64,000 nt of DNA, taken from assembly GCA_046051225.1 (NCBI GenBank), contig JBJOOR010000001.1, positions 39,584-103,583 of the forward strand, read 5' to 3'. The DNA comes from Bacteroidota bacterium (GTDB lineage: Bacteria; Bacteroidota; Bacteroidia; Chitinophagales; CAIODY01). The stretch's first letter is position 1, and every line of letters begins with the position of its first letter. Positions 41,738-51,113 of the stretch are shown here, one piece after another. Under the pieces are notes generated by a model that searched no databases, was not told the DNA's origin, and saw nothing but the letters and a program-made list of their open reading frames with translations. Position numbers and translations under genes: made by a program.

Positions 41738-42283
41738 TTATCCTAACTTATATTTATACCAATCCTCAATTACTTTTGTGTTTACTTCTTCGGCACCACT
41801 TTGCTTTAAAATATTTGTAATATTTACTTCGTCTGAATGTTCATCTATTTCAATAGCTACAACCATTTTATCATCAGTTTGACGCAAATCCATAATATGT
41901 TTTTGAACCCCAGGAGCCAATCTGCATAGATACATAAATGTAGCCACCATACCTGCTGATGCACATAATACAGTTAACTCAAATGTGATCGGAATATAAG
42001 CTGGTAAAGCCCAAAATGGTTTACCACCAAAATTCACTCTCCAATCAAATGTATTTGCCCAAGTAATAAACCCGAGGGCTATGCTTGTGCCTGTGATACC
42101 ATACATAAAGCCTGCAATATGTAATTTACTTTCACGTAAACCCATTACTGTATCTAATCCATGAATAGGAAATGGTGTAAATACATCATGAATTTTTATT
42201 CCTTTTTCTCTGATTTGCGGTACGCCATTCAGCAATATATCTTCATCGCCAAATATACCCAGTAAGAATTTTTTGCTTCCCAT
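41738..42283 (-). CDS. actD: Alternative complex III subunit ActD (DUF3341-type)
   Basis: 181 aa. N-terminal soluble part plus two TM helices. Position between actC and actE. Confidence 0.8.
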   Translation of the reverse strand: MGSKKFLLGIFGDEDILLNGVPQIREKGIKIHDVFTPFPIHGLDTVMGLRESKLHIAGFMYGITGTSIALGFITWANTFDWRVNFGGKPFWALPAYIPITFELTVLCASAGMVATFMYLCRLAPGVQKHIMDLRQTDDKMVVAIEIDEHSDEVNITNILKQSGAEEVNTKVIEDWYKYKLG

Positions 42284-42295
42284 TTTTATTATTTT

Positions 42296-42323
42296 ATGAT
42301 TTACGATTTATGATTTATGATTG
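42296..42323. repeat. Four tandem heptamers A(T/C)GATTT (sense strand: AAATCRT) in the actD leader
   Basis: atgattt acgattt atgattt atgattg, 13 nt upstream (operon sense) of the actD ATG at 42283. Confidence 0.65.
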
Positions 42324-42405
42324 CTCACAAATTTCTAAATCAAAATTTTTATTTGGTCTTTCTAAACAACGACCATTTGTATTTACTAAAAACTAATAGC
42401 TTCTT

Positions 42406-43824
42406 CTATGCTGCATCAACTGATGCTTCTTTATTTAATATTTGTTGTAAATCTGCCTCTCTACTTGGTGTATTGCCTGTTGCTTTTAATACATGTTTAA
42501 TTTCGGCAACAGCTATAACAGGGAAATATTTAGCAAATAATAAATACAATGTAAAGAACAATCCAAACGTTCCTAAATAAAATCCGATATCAACCCAAGT
42601 TGGTGAGAACATATTCCAACTTGATGGTAAATAATCACGATGTAATGATGTAACAATGATTACAAAACGTTCGAACCACATACCAATATTTACAACGATT
42701 GATAAGAAGAATGTCCAAAAAATACTTTTGCGTAATTTTTTGCTCCAAAATAATTGTGGTGATACTACATTGCACAACATCATTCCCCAATAGCTCCACC
42801 AATATGGTCCTAATGCACGATTCATAAATGCATATTGTTCGTATAAACTACCAGAATACCAAGCCGTAAACAGTTCAGTTAAATAAGCACAGCCTACAAT
42901 TGAACCTGTTAAAGTGATGATTCTGTTCATAGAATCAATATGGCTCAATGTGATATATTCTTCTAATCTTAATAATTTTCTGGTCATCAACATTAAGGTT
43001 TGCACCATTGCAAAACCCGAAAAAACCGCACCAGCAACAAAATATGGTGGAAAGATGGTGGTATGCCAACCTGGAATTACTGATGTGGCGAAATCGAACG
43101 ATACAATTGTATGAACCGATAATACAAGTGGTGTAGATAAACCTGCTAACACTAATGATAATGATTCATGACGTTGCCAATGCTTTGCAGAGCCTGTCCA
43201 GCCAAATGACAAAACACCGTAAAATTTTTGTTGCCATATTTTTTTTGCTTTATCACGAATGGTAGCAATATCAGGAATTAAACCTGTGTACCAAAACATT
43301 AATGAAACTGAAAAATATGTTGAAATCGCAAATACGTCCCACAATAATGGTGATACAAAGTTTGGCCATAATGGACCACGAGTATTTGGATACGGTAAAA
43401 TGAAAAAGCCCATCCATACACGACCCATGTGCAATACAGGAAATACGCCTGCGCACATTACCGCAAAAATTGTCATAGCTTCGGCAGCACGATTTACACC
43501 AGTACGCCATTTTTGACGGAATAATAATAAGATTGCTGAAATTAAAGTACCAGCATGGCCTATACCAATCCACCACACGAAATTGGTAATATCCCAAGCC
43601 CAACCTACTGTTTTATTGCTACCCCATGTGCCAATACCATAGTACACAAAATAGGTAACGCAAAACATACCATACAATAATAATGCTACCGACAAGCCAA
43701 AAACAATATACCATTCTTTGGTAGGTTTACCAAAAATACTGTTTGTGATGTCGTGGGTAACGTCTCCGTACGACTTGTTTCCTTCTACTAAAGGTTCCCG
43801 TAATGATGATTCTTTAAATGACAT
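42406..43824 (-). CDS. actC: Alternative complex III quinol-binding membrane subunit ActC (NrfD/PsrC family)
   Basis: 472 aa. NrfD-like polytopic protein following actB. Confidence 0.9.
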   Translation of the reverse strand: MSFKESSLREPLVEGNKSYGDVTHDITNSIFGKPTKEWYIVFGLSVALLLYGMFCVTYFVYYGIGTWGSNKTVGWAWDITNFVWWIGIGHAGTLISAILLLFRQKWRTGVNRAAEAMTIFAVMCAGVFPVLHMGRVWMGFFILPYPNTRGPLWPNFVSPLLWDVFAISTYFSVSLMFWYTGLIPDIATIRDKAKKIWQQKFYGVLSFGWTGSAKHWQRHESLSLVLAGLSTPLVLSVHTIVSFDFATSVIPGWHTTIFPPYFVAGAVFSGFAMVQTLMLMTRKLLRLEEYITLSHIDSMNRIITLTGSIVGCAYLTELFTAWYSGSLYEQYAFMNRALGPYWWSYWGMMLCNVVSPQLFWSKKLRKSIFWTFFLSIVVNIGMWFERFVIIVTSLHRDYLPSSWNMFSPTWVDIGFYLGTFGLFFTLYLLFAKYFPVIAVAEIKHVLKATGNTPSREADLQQILNKEASVDAA

Positions 43825-43838
43825 AATTTTTATAATTT

Positions 43839-43867
43839 GCTAATTAGCTAAATGCTAATGTGCTAAT
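43839..43867. repeat. Four GCTAAT words at 7-8 nt period in the actC leader
   Basis: gctaatt agctaaat gctaatgt gctaat, 15 nt upstream (operon sense) of the actC ATG at 43824. Confidence 0.6.
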
Positions 43868-43935
43868 TTGTTTTTATTTTTATTTTTCACATTCCTGTAT
43901 TGATTTAGATATCTAAACAATACATATTTCACCAA

Positions 43936-46900
43936 TTAAGCATGCTCTTTTTTATCTTCATGATGCCCTTTGCTTTCCATCCAAGAAGCTGTTCCTGTTG
44001 TGTTTCTAATTTTTGCTAAATATCCTACAGATGGTTGAACATGAATTTCTTCTAACACAAAATATAAGCGACTTTCATCTTCAGCATCATACATTTTTCT
44101 AACTGCGCTTTCTTTATTATTGATATCACCAAATACAATTGCATCAGCTGGACAAGATGATTGACAGGCAGATTTAATCATACCATCAGCCAACATCATA
44201 TTATTTTTCTTAGCTTCTAATTTACCTTCTTGAATACGTTGAACGCAGAAAGAACATTTTTCGATAACACCTCTTGCACGTACTGTTACATCTGGATTTA
44301 ACACCATACGTGTTAAACTATCAGCCATACCCAATACTTCAATTTCTGCCATCATATTGTCTTCAAAACTATCTGCACCATTCCAATCCATCCAGTTGAA
44401 ACGACGAACTTTATAAGGACAGTTGTTAGCGCAATATCTTGTACCGATACAACGATTGTAAGCCATTTGATTTAATCCTTCGCTGCTATGATTGGTTGCA
44501 TTTACTGGGCAAACGTTTTCGCATGGTGCATTTGTACAATGTTGACACATCATAGGTTGAAATACCACTTGCACATTTTGAAAATCAGGATTGGCATTAA
44601 TATTTTTTTCCATAGTATTGTAGCCATCCTTACCGTCGCTTACCGAATAGTATCTATCAATACGTATCCAATGCATTTCATGACCACGAACTACATGGTT
44701 TTTACCTACCACCGATACATTATTTTCTGATTGGCAAGCAATTGTGCAATTGCCACAACCTGTACAGCTATTCAAATCAATAGCCATGTGCCATTTATGA
44801 CCTTCATATTTATGGTCGCCGTATCTTTTATCAGGACCATAAAGCGTTGTCATCATTGCCTTAATTTCTTCTCTATCTTCATTAACTGCTTTCGGATTAG
44901 CTGTGTGCGAATCTAAAGTAGTTTCCTTAATTATTCTTCTACCTTCATAGCTATGGTGTAACTGCGTTTGAGCTAAAGTAAATGTTTCTTTTGTTCCTGT
45001 TACTTGGGCATCAAAAGCTGATGAAATCCATGTTGAACCATTCCATGTTTTAAATGGGTAAACATTTTGCCCAACTCCATTGCCTACCTTTCCTGCATTT
45101 GCTCTACCATATCCTACTGCAACTGCAATGGTATGATCAGCTAAGCCTGGTTGAACTAATGATGGTAATTTAATGGTAGTATTACCTACTTTTATAGTAA
45201 CCATTTTAGTTTCTTTAGCATCCCAAACTGGTTTGTGGTCGCTAAATAAACTTCCATTATTTTCTAATAATCCTAGCTCTAAAGCTGTGTTGTACGATAC
45301 ACAAGCATAATTATCCCAAGTTGTTTTAGTAATTGGATCAGGCATTTCCATTAACCATGGATTATTTGAATTTTTTCCATTACCAATTGCAATTTTTTCG
45401 TATACTACAACTGCCATCGATTTATTTTTACCCGAATATGCGGCACTAATAGCAGCAATTGCCGAATTAATATCACCTTTAGGAGTAGCTGTTGAAACTA
45501 CAACTTTTTTATCATCCGTTTTTGCAGTGGGTTTATCCTCTTTTTTGTTATTAGATGAAACCATTGAACCTGTTACAAACACACCGTTTTTAACAGCATT
45601 ATCCCAATCATTTACATCACCTTTTAAAATAGATTTTATCCAGTTTTCTTGCAAATATGAATAATAATCGCTTGGGCAATCAATCCATTTTAATAAACTA
45701 TCTTGAAACTGACGTGTTTTAAATAATGGTGCAATTACAGGCTGACAAATACTATAGTGCCCTGCCTTCGGTTCAGCATCATTCCAACTTTCTAAATAAT
45801 GATGATCGGGTGTATGATAATTACAAAGTTTGGTTGTTTCATCCATTCTGTCATTGAATGAAATCCTACAATTTACTTTTTTAATTGCTTCGGCAAATTT
45901 TTGAGTAGGATAATCGTAAGCAGGGTTGCAACCAGCAATTATTACTGATGCGTATTTTCCTGCACCCATATCTTCAATTAACGCAGCTACTTCGGCATCA
46001 TTGCTTTCAGCATAATTTGCATGATGATTAATATCTAAAGTAGAACCATAATTGCCCAACATGGTATTAATGTGGTTTACCACCATCTGAATATTAGCAT
46101 CATTACTTCCCGAAACTACTAATGTAGTTCCTTTTTCAGCTGCAGCCAATGCTTTGGCAGCTTTATCTAATCCTTTAATATTGCTAGTACCACCATTTAA
46201 AACATTGTATAAACCTACTACTGCCAATCCTTCTTCGGTAGGATGAATTACAGTTCTTTCATCTGCATTGGCACCAGTTAAACTTAAATTAGATTCTATT
46301 TGGAAATGTTTGCTCATTTCCTTTTTACCATTGTTCAATTTTCTGCCTTGAACATATTGTTTTGTAAATTCAGTTGGCGAAATCCAAGTTCCCAAAAAAT
46401 CAGCCCCAAAACTTACAATTACATTTGCTTTATCAAAATTATAAGAAGCTAAGTGCCTGCTATTAAAATTAGCTTCGTTGGCCATTAACATACCACTATA
46501 TGATTGTGCATCATAAGTTACATGTTTGCTACCCGAATATTTTTTTACAAAATCTTCAATTACAGATTTGGTAGATGGCGAAAGAATGGTTGAAGTAACA
46601 ATTGCTACTGAACCTTTTGCTAATTCGCTTTTTATTGCTGCATCAATTTTATCCCATGAAGCTTCGCTGCCAGCCATTGATGGTGCTTTTGAACGACCTG
46701 TATCATACAAACTTAATACACTTGCTTGTACACGAGCACTTGTACCACCTTTTGTAATTTCGCTTTGATGATTTCCTTCAATTTTTATCGGGCGACCTTC
46801 ACGGCTTTTTACCAAAATACTGCAATATTCGCCACCATCAGCATAAGTAGAAGCATACCAATTGGCTACGCCTGGAACAACTTCTTCGGGCTTAATTACA

Positions 46901-47130
46901 TAAGGTATAGCTTTGCGAACAGGTATTTCGCAGCTAGCCGCTAATGTAGCAGCAGCTACACTAAAGCCCATTACTTTCAAGAAATCTCTACGACCTGTAC
47001 TTTGTGATGTAAGGCTGTCGCTGAACATTTCAACCAAAGGCAATTCTTCTTTAAATTCATTTTGAACTTGTGAAGTATGCTCTGGTGTTTGTTGCATTTC
47101 TCCCAAACCTTTCCAATATTTTTTTTCCAT
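43936..47130 (-). CDS. actB: Alternative complex III subunit ActB (Tat-exported molybdopterin-like domain fused to 4Fe-4S ferredoxin domain)
   Basis: 1064 aa. Twin-arginine GRRDFLKVMGF and multiple Cys clusters (CTGCGNCTIAC, CQHCTNAPCENVCP, CIGTRYCANNCP, CSFCVQR). Confidence 0.9.
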   Translation of the reverse strand: MEKKYWKGLGEMQQTPEHTSQVQNEFKEELPLVEMFSDSLTSQSTGRRDFLKVMGFSVAAATLAASCEIPVRKAIPYVIKPEEVVPGVANWYASTYADGGEYCSILVKSREGRPIKIEGNHQSEITKGGTSARVQASVLSLYDTGRSKAPSMAGSEASWDKIDAAIKSELAKGSVAIVTSTILSPSTKSVIEDFVKKYSGSKHVTYDAQSYSGMLMANEANFNSRHLASYNFDKANVIVSFGADFLGTWISPTEFTKQYVQGRKLNNGKKEMSKHFQIESNLSLTGANADERTVIHPTEEGLAVVGLYNVLNGGTSNIKGLDKAAKALAAAEKGTTLVVSGSNDANIQMVVNHINTMLGNYGSTLDINHHANYAESNDAEVAALIEDMGAGKYASVIIAGCNPAYDYPTQKFAEAIKKVNCRISFNDRMDETTKLCNYHTPDHHYLESWNDAEPKAGHYSICQPVIAPLFKTRQFQDSLLKWIDCPSDYYSYLQENWIKSILKGDVNDWDNAVKNGVFVTGSMVSSNNKKEDKPTAKTDDKKVVVSTATPKGDINSAIAAISAAYSGKNKSMAVVVYEKIAIGNGKNSNNPWLMEMPDPITKTTWDNYACVSYNTALELGLLENNGSLFSDHKPVWDAKETKMVTIKVGNTTIKLPSLVQPGLADHTIAVAVGYGRANAGKVGNGVGQNVYPFKTWNGSTWISSAFDAQVTGTKETFTLAQTQLHHSYEGRRIIKETTLDSHTANPKAVNEDREEIKAMMTTLYGPDKRYGDHKYEGHKWHMAIDLNSCTGCGNCTIACQSENNVSVVGKNHVVRGHEMHWIRIDRYYSVSDGKDGYNTMEKNINANPDFQNVQVVFQPMMCQHCTNAPCENVCPVNATNHSSEGLNQMAYNRCIGTRYCANNCPYKVRRFNWMDWNGADSFEDNMMAEIEVLGMADSLTRMVLNPDVTVRARGVIEKCSFCVQRIQEGKLEAKKNNMMLADGMIKSACQSSCPADAIVFGDINNKESAVRKMYDAEDESRLYFVLEEIHVQPSVGYLAKIRNTTGTASWMESKGHHEDKKEHA

Positions 47131-47170
47131 CTTTTTGAATGTAATTAGGTGCTAAGATTTTTATTTTTGA

Positions 47171-47263
47171 TAGAACACGTATAAACACTGATTTTTTATG
47201 ATTGAAACGGATTTTGAAAATCCGTAAAAACCTTTTTAATCCTTTTCTAATTCGTGTGCTATT
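47171..47263 (+). repeat. Dispersed intergenic repeat, long copy with internal palindrome
   Basis: tagaacacgtataaacactgatttt...acggatttt-g-aaaatccgt...tttttaatcc...aattcgtgtgctatt in the actA-actB spacer. Related to 34697-34765, with a possible degenerate third copy at 36485-36512. Confidence 0.55.
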
Positions 47264-47304
47264 CTATTTTAATTTTAAAATTTTCTAATCTTTAAATTCT
47301 CAAA

Positions 47305-48504
47305 TTAATAATGACATTTTTGACATTCTAAACCACCCATCATGGCCTCTGTAACGCCTTTTATTTCGCCTTTATCCATTTGTTTATGTAATTTTTCATA
47401 CATACCATAGTACTTGTTTTCATTAAACAATACTTTAGTTTCACGATGACAATTGATACACCAACTCATTGACAGTGGTTGATTTTGAGCTACCACTTCC
47501 ATTTCTTGAATTTGACCATGACAAGTTTGGCACTCTAAACCGCCAGCTTTTACGTGTTGTGCATGGCTGAAAAATACATGATCAGGTAAGTTATGAATAC
47601 GAATCCACTCAACAGGTTTACCCGTAGTATATGCATCACGAATTTTTTGAATTTCTTCTTTACCTGTACCATTCACAGTTTCGCCTACTGCTTTATGGCA
47701 ATTCATACAAATATTAACGGTAGGAATACCTGCTTGTTTTCCTTTTTCAACGCCTACGTGGCAATATTTACAATCAATAGCCATTCCGCCATTTTCAACA
47801 GCACCTGCATGCAATTTGTGTGAATATTTAATAGGTTGGGTAGGCATATATCCCTGCGAACGACCCATATCAACCGCTGAATCGGCAGCACGATAACCAA
47901 TAAAAATAACTACAAGTATTAATACAAAACCAATCATTCTGCGGTTTTTATACAGCGGTATTGGAGTAGGTAATACACCAGGATTTGATTCATTTACTAA
48001 TACAATTAAGTTGCGATTGATTTTTCCTATCAATAAATAAACCACTAAAAATATTACAAATAATAATGCAATAAAATAAATAGCATCGCTGTTTTCTTCT
48101 TTAGCTGCACCGCCGCCTGCATTGGCATTATCAACTTTTACGGGTGCTTTATAAGTTTTGATATAATCTAAAATGCCATCAATTTCTTCATCTTTTAAAT
48201 TCGGAAATTGGGTCATTTGCGTTTTGCTATACTGGTTGAATAATTTAACCGCATAGTCATCGCCGCTAGCAATAACAGCCGATGAGTTATGAACCCATTT
48301 ATGAATCCAAGCTCTGTCTCTTCTTTTTTCTACATCTTTCAATGCCGGACCAGTTACAACTTTATCAACCGCATGGCAACTTGAGCAATTGTTTTTGAAA
48401 ATCGCTTCGCCATCAACCGCAGCAAATGAAAATTTGGAAACAAAAAAAGTTAAAAACAAAACCGCCAGAATAGGCTTAAATACAGAGGTTTTCAGTTTTT
48501 GCAT
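47305..48504 (-). CDS. actA: Alternative complex III multiheme cytochrome c ActA with an extra N-terminal monoheme domain
   Basis: 399 aa, six CxxCH motifs (CSSCH, CKYCH, CMNCH, CQTCH, CINCH, CQKCH). Signal peptide and a central TM segment. Confidence 0.85.
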   Translation of the reverse strand: MQKLKTSVFKPILAVLFLTFFVSKFSFAAVDGEAIFKNNCSSCHAVDKVVTGPALKDVEKRRDRAWIHKWVHNSSAVIASGDDYAVKLFNQYSKTQMTQFPNLKDEEIDGILDYIKTYKAPVKVDNANAGGGAAKEENSDAIYFIALLFVIFLVVYLLIGKINRNLIVLVNESNPGVLPTPIPLYKNRRMIGFVLILVVIFIGYRAADSAVDMGRSQGYMPTQPIKYSHKLHAGAVENGGMAIDCKYCHVGVEKGKQAGIPTVNICMNCHKAVGETVNGTGKEEIQKIRDAYTTGKPVEWIRIHNLPDHVFFSHAQHVKAGGLECQTCHGQIQEMEVVAQNQPLSMSWCINCHRETKVLFNENKYYGMYEKLHKQMDKGEIKGVTEAMMGGLECQKCHY

Positions 48505-48704
48505 ATATTATTCGATAGAAAAATTAGTGAGCCGTTTTTTTAGATGTTCGCAAAAATAGTATCTGAAATTCAAATTTTATAACTCTATGTTAATAAAATT
48601 AAAAATTGTTTTGCCCACCCTCCAAAACCCTTGTATAGTAAATGATTCAGGACATATATGATTTTTGTCATGTATTATTTTTAACCCTAATCCGATAATT
48701 AAAA

Positions 48705-49508
48705 TTAAAAATCTACAGAAAGCAATAAAGTAATTGGCGAAACGCCTGCATTTTGAATAGGCGATAATGGAAAAATAGTTACAGATGATTTGAGTGGATA
48801 TTTTAACTTTTTAAACCAAGTATTGTTGATGCCAATTCCAAAATTTAAATTGGCTGCATTAAATTTTAAAATATTAGTTTCGGTGGCATAGCCAAATACA
48901 AAAGTTAAATACGATTTAAGATTATAATCATATTCGGCAAATACTGATTGCTGCAATTCTTGTTTATCATTTAATACCGAATAGCCCAATATGGCGCTTT
49001 TTTTTGCATTATAAATATATTGAAATCGGCACGAATACAGTTGATATAAATTAGCATCGTAACCCAAGTCATTAGCTAAAAAAGTTTTGTTACCAAAATA
49101 AGTATATGCATCTAATGTAACAGAAAGTTTATCTGAAAAGCGATACGATAAAAAACCATCTAAACCATTAGCATCCAACGATGGAATGCTTGATGATGCT
49201 AAACAAACAAAGCCTCCAATTTCAAAATTTTTATTATTATCATACGAACACATAAATTGCGCCGCCGGATAAAAATTATAAATATCGCCATTCCAACTGT
49301 TGGTATTCCCAACTAAAAACTCATAACTTACAAAAGCCGAATCATCAATATTGTTATACTTTTTGTTAACTACAACTCTCGATTTATGCACTTTATTAAA
49401 ATAATGATGTCTTGCAAAGCTATGCTGGGCAGTGGCTTTTATGCTACTGCACACAAACAAAGTAATTAAAAAATATTTTATAAATGCCTGTTGCAAAACA
49501 AATTTCAA
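48705..49508 (-). CDS. Putative outer-membrane beta-barrel protein
   Basis: 267 aa. Signal peptide ...SSIKATAQ, alternating strand pattern, C-terminal ...LLLSVDF. Confidence 0.45.
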   Translation of the reverse strand: MKFVLQQAFIKYFLITLFVCSSIKATAQHSFARHHYFNKVHKSRVVVNKKYNNIDDSAFVSYEFLVGNTNSWNGDIYNFYPAAQFMCSYDNNKNFEIGGFVCLASSSIPSLDANGLDGFLSYRFSDKLSVTLDAYTYFGNKTFLANDLGYDANLYQLYSCRFQYIYNAKKSAILGYSVLNDKQELQQSVFAEYDYNLKSYLTFVFGYATETNILKFNAANLNFGIGINNTWFKKLKYPLKSSVTIFPLSPIQNAGVSPITLLLSVDF

Positions 49509-49580
49509 AGTAGAAATAATAAAGGCTAAGGTATTGAAAAAATAAAAGCCAATTTGAAAACAATTGCAATAGCTAAAACA

Positions 49581-50318
49581 CTATCTAAACAAATTTGGAT
49601 TTTTTTCGAGCTTAGTAATTTTTGTAATAGGATGCAGTTCCCAAGCGGTTGCTCTCCAGTTTCGAGTATTATTGGGGTTAGTATTTTCGGCTTGGGTTTC
49701 ATGTTCTTTATCAAATAAAAGCCAGCCTTCTATTTCAACAAATCTTCCTAAATAATCATCTCGTAATGCTCGTGTGCTCCAGTTTATACCTTTTGCTTTC
49801 ATCAACTTTCGCATACGAGGCGTTACTTCTACTATCAATCTTTTAATCTTATCATCGCTATTTGGGTTTAGCAATATTTCAATATGCGTATCTCTATCAT
49901 CTATGTTTTTGCTTTTGCAATTGCAGGTTTCAATGCCACCTGGTTTTACATTGGCTACATAACCTTGTATTCGGGCTGCGCTTGCAGATTGCCATCTATC
50001 TTTATCATTGCCTTCGGCAAGTATACTTGATAAAGAAATGCTAGTATCAAAATCAGTTGAAGTAGGAAAAGCTGTTCGGTTTTTTAAAATATTTAATGAT
50101 TTTACTTCTTCAGATTTAGCGCTGCCTTCAAGCGGACATTCTGATTCTTCATCTTCATCGCTTAAAACAGATAATGATGTTTGAGTGGTTTGTTTTTCAA
50201 GTGTAGGCTGATGGTTTTGAAAATAAAACCAAGTAGCTAATACACCCACAACAATAAGCAACAGCAAAATATATTTCATTTTCAAAAGTAATAAAATGGG
50301 AATATATTTACATTTCAA
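49581..50318 (-). CDS. Hypothetical exported/membrane-anchored protein
   Basis: 245 aa. An internal Met at 50279 (MKYILLLLIVVGVLATW) is a more typical signal/anchor start. No motif recognised. Confidence 0.5.
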   Translation of the reverse strand: MKCKYIPILLLLKMKYILLLLIVVGVLATWFYFQNHQPTLEKQTTQTSLSVLSDEDEESECPLEGSAKSEEVKSLNILKNRTAFPTSTDFDTSISLSSILAEGNDKDRWQSASAARIQGYVANVKPGGIETCNCKSKNIDDRDTHIEILLNPNSDDKIKRLIVEVTPRMRKLMKAKGINWSTRALRDDYLGRFVEIEGWLLFDKEHETQAENTNPNNTRNWRATAWELHPITKITKLEKNPNLFR

Positions 50319-50330
50319 AAAACAATATTT

Positions 50331-51050
50331 ATGAAAAAATATATAGCAATTAGTACTTTATTTTTATTCATCGTAGCTCTGTATAATTGTAATATCATTA
50401 CCACTGGTAAAAATGGCAATGGCAATGTGGTAAAGCAAAGCCGAAGCATTGGCACATTTAACAAATTAAAAATTGATGGTGTATTTAAAGTATTTATTAA
50501 TCAAGGCGATACCGAAAATGTGGTGGTTGAGGCAGATGATAATTTGATTGGATTAATTGAAAGCAATGTGGCAAATAATGAACTAGAACTAAATATTAAG
50601 AAAGATAGCAGCATTGGTAAATCTACCAAACTGAATATTTATGTAACTATAAAAGATTTACAACAAATGAATATTGTAGGCGTAAATGGTGTAAGCAGCA
50701 ATGCATTAAATGTAAACCATTTACAACTAAATATTGATGGTGTGGGTAGCACCGATTTAAACATACATTGCAAAACAATACATGCAAATTTATCGGGCGT
50801 TGGCAATTTAAAACTTATTGGCGAAGCCGATAGTGCAACTATTGAAAACAGTGGCGTAGGCAGTTTATACGCTGCCAAATTTATTACCCAAAAACTAAAC
50901 ATTACTAATAGCGGTGTGGGCAATGCCGAAGTGGATGCCGAACAAGAAATAAGCATTAACAACAGCGGCGTAGGCAATGTAAAACATAATGGAAAAGCTA
51001 TTGTGAAAAAAGCTACTAATGATGGTGTTGGGAAAATAGAAAATAAATAA
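50331..51050 (+). CDS. DUF2807/GIN-domain (putative adhesin-like beta-helix) protein
   Basis: 239 aa. Signal peptide and a repeated SGVGN/DGVGS motif about every 20-25 aa. Confidence 0.7.
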   Translation: MKKYIAISTLFLFIVALYNCNIITTGKNGNGNVVKQSRSIGTFNKLKIDGVFKVFINQGDTENVVVEADDNLIGLIESNVANNELELNIKKDSSIGKSTKLNIYVTIKDLQQMNIVGVNGVSSNALNVNHLQLNIDGVGSTDLNIHCKTIHANLSGVGNLKLIGEADSATIENSGVGSLYAAKFITQKLNITNSGVGNAEVDAEQEISINNSGVGNVKHNGKAIVKKATNDGVGKIENK

Positions 51051-51113
51051 ATCAGTCTGTTTTTTTTATAAAAACACAATTTTATTACTTAATAAATCGT
51101 TGTTAAACTAAAT

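Noticed and set aside
50639-51079. 146-aa minus-strand ORF
   Set aside because: It lies fully antisense to the GIN-domain gene. Its repeated LPTP pattern mirrors the SGVGN repeats, and the plus-strand ORF has a signal peptide and family motif.
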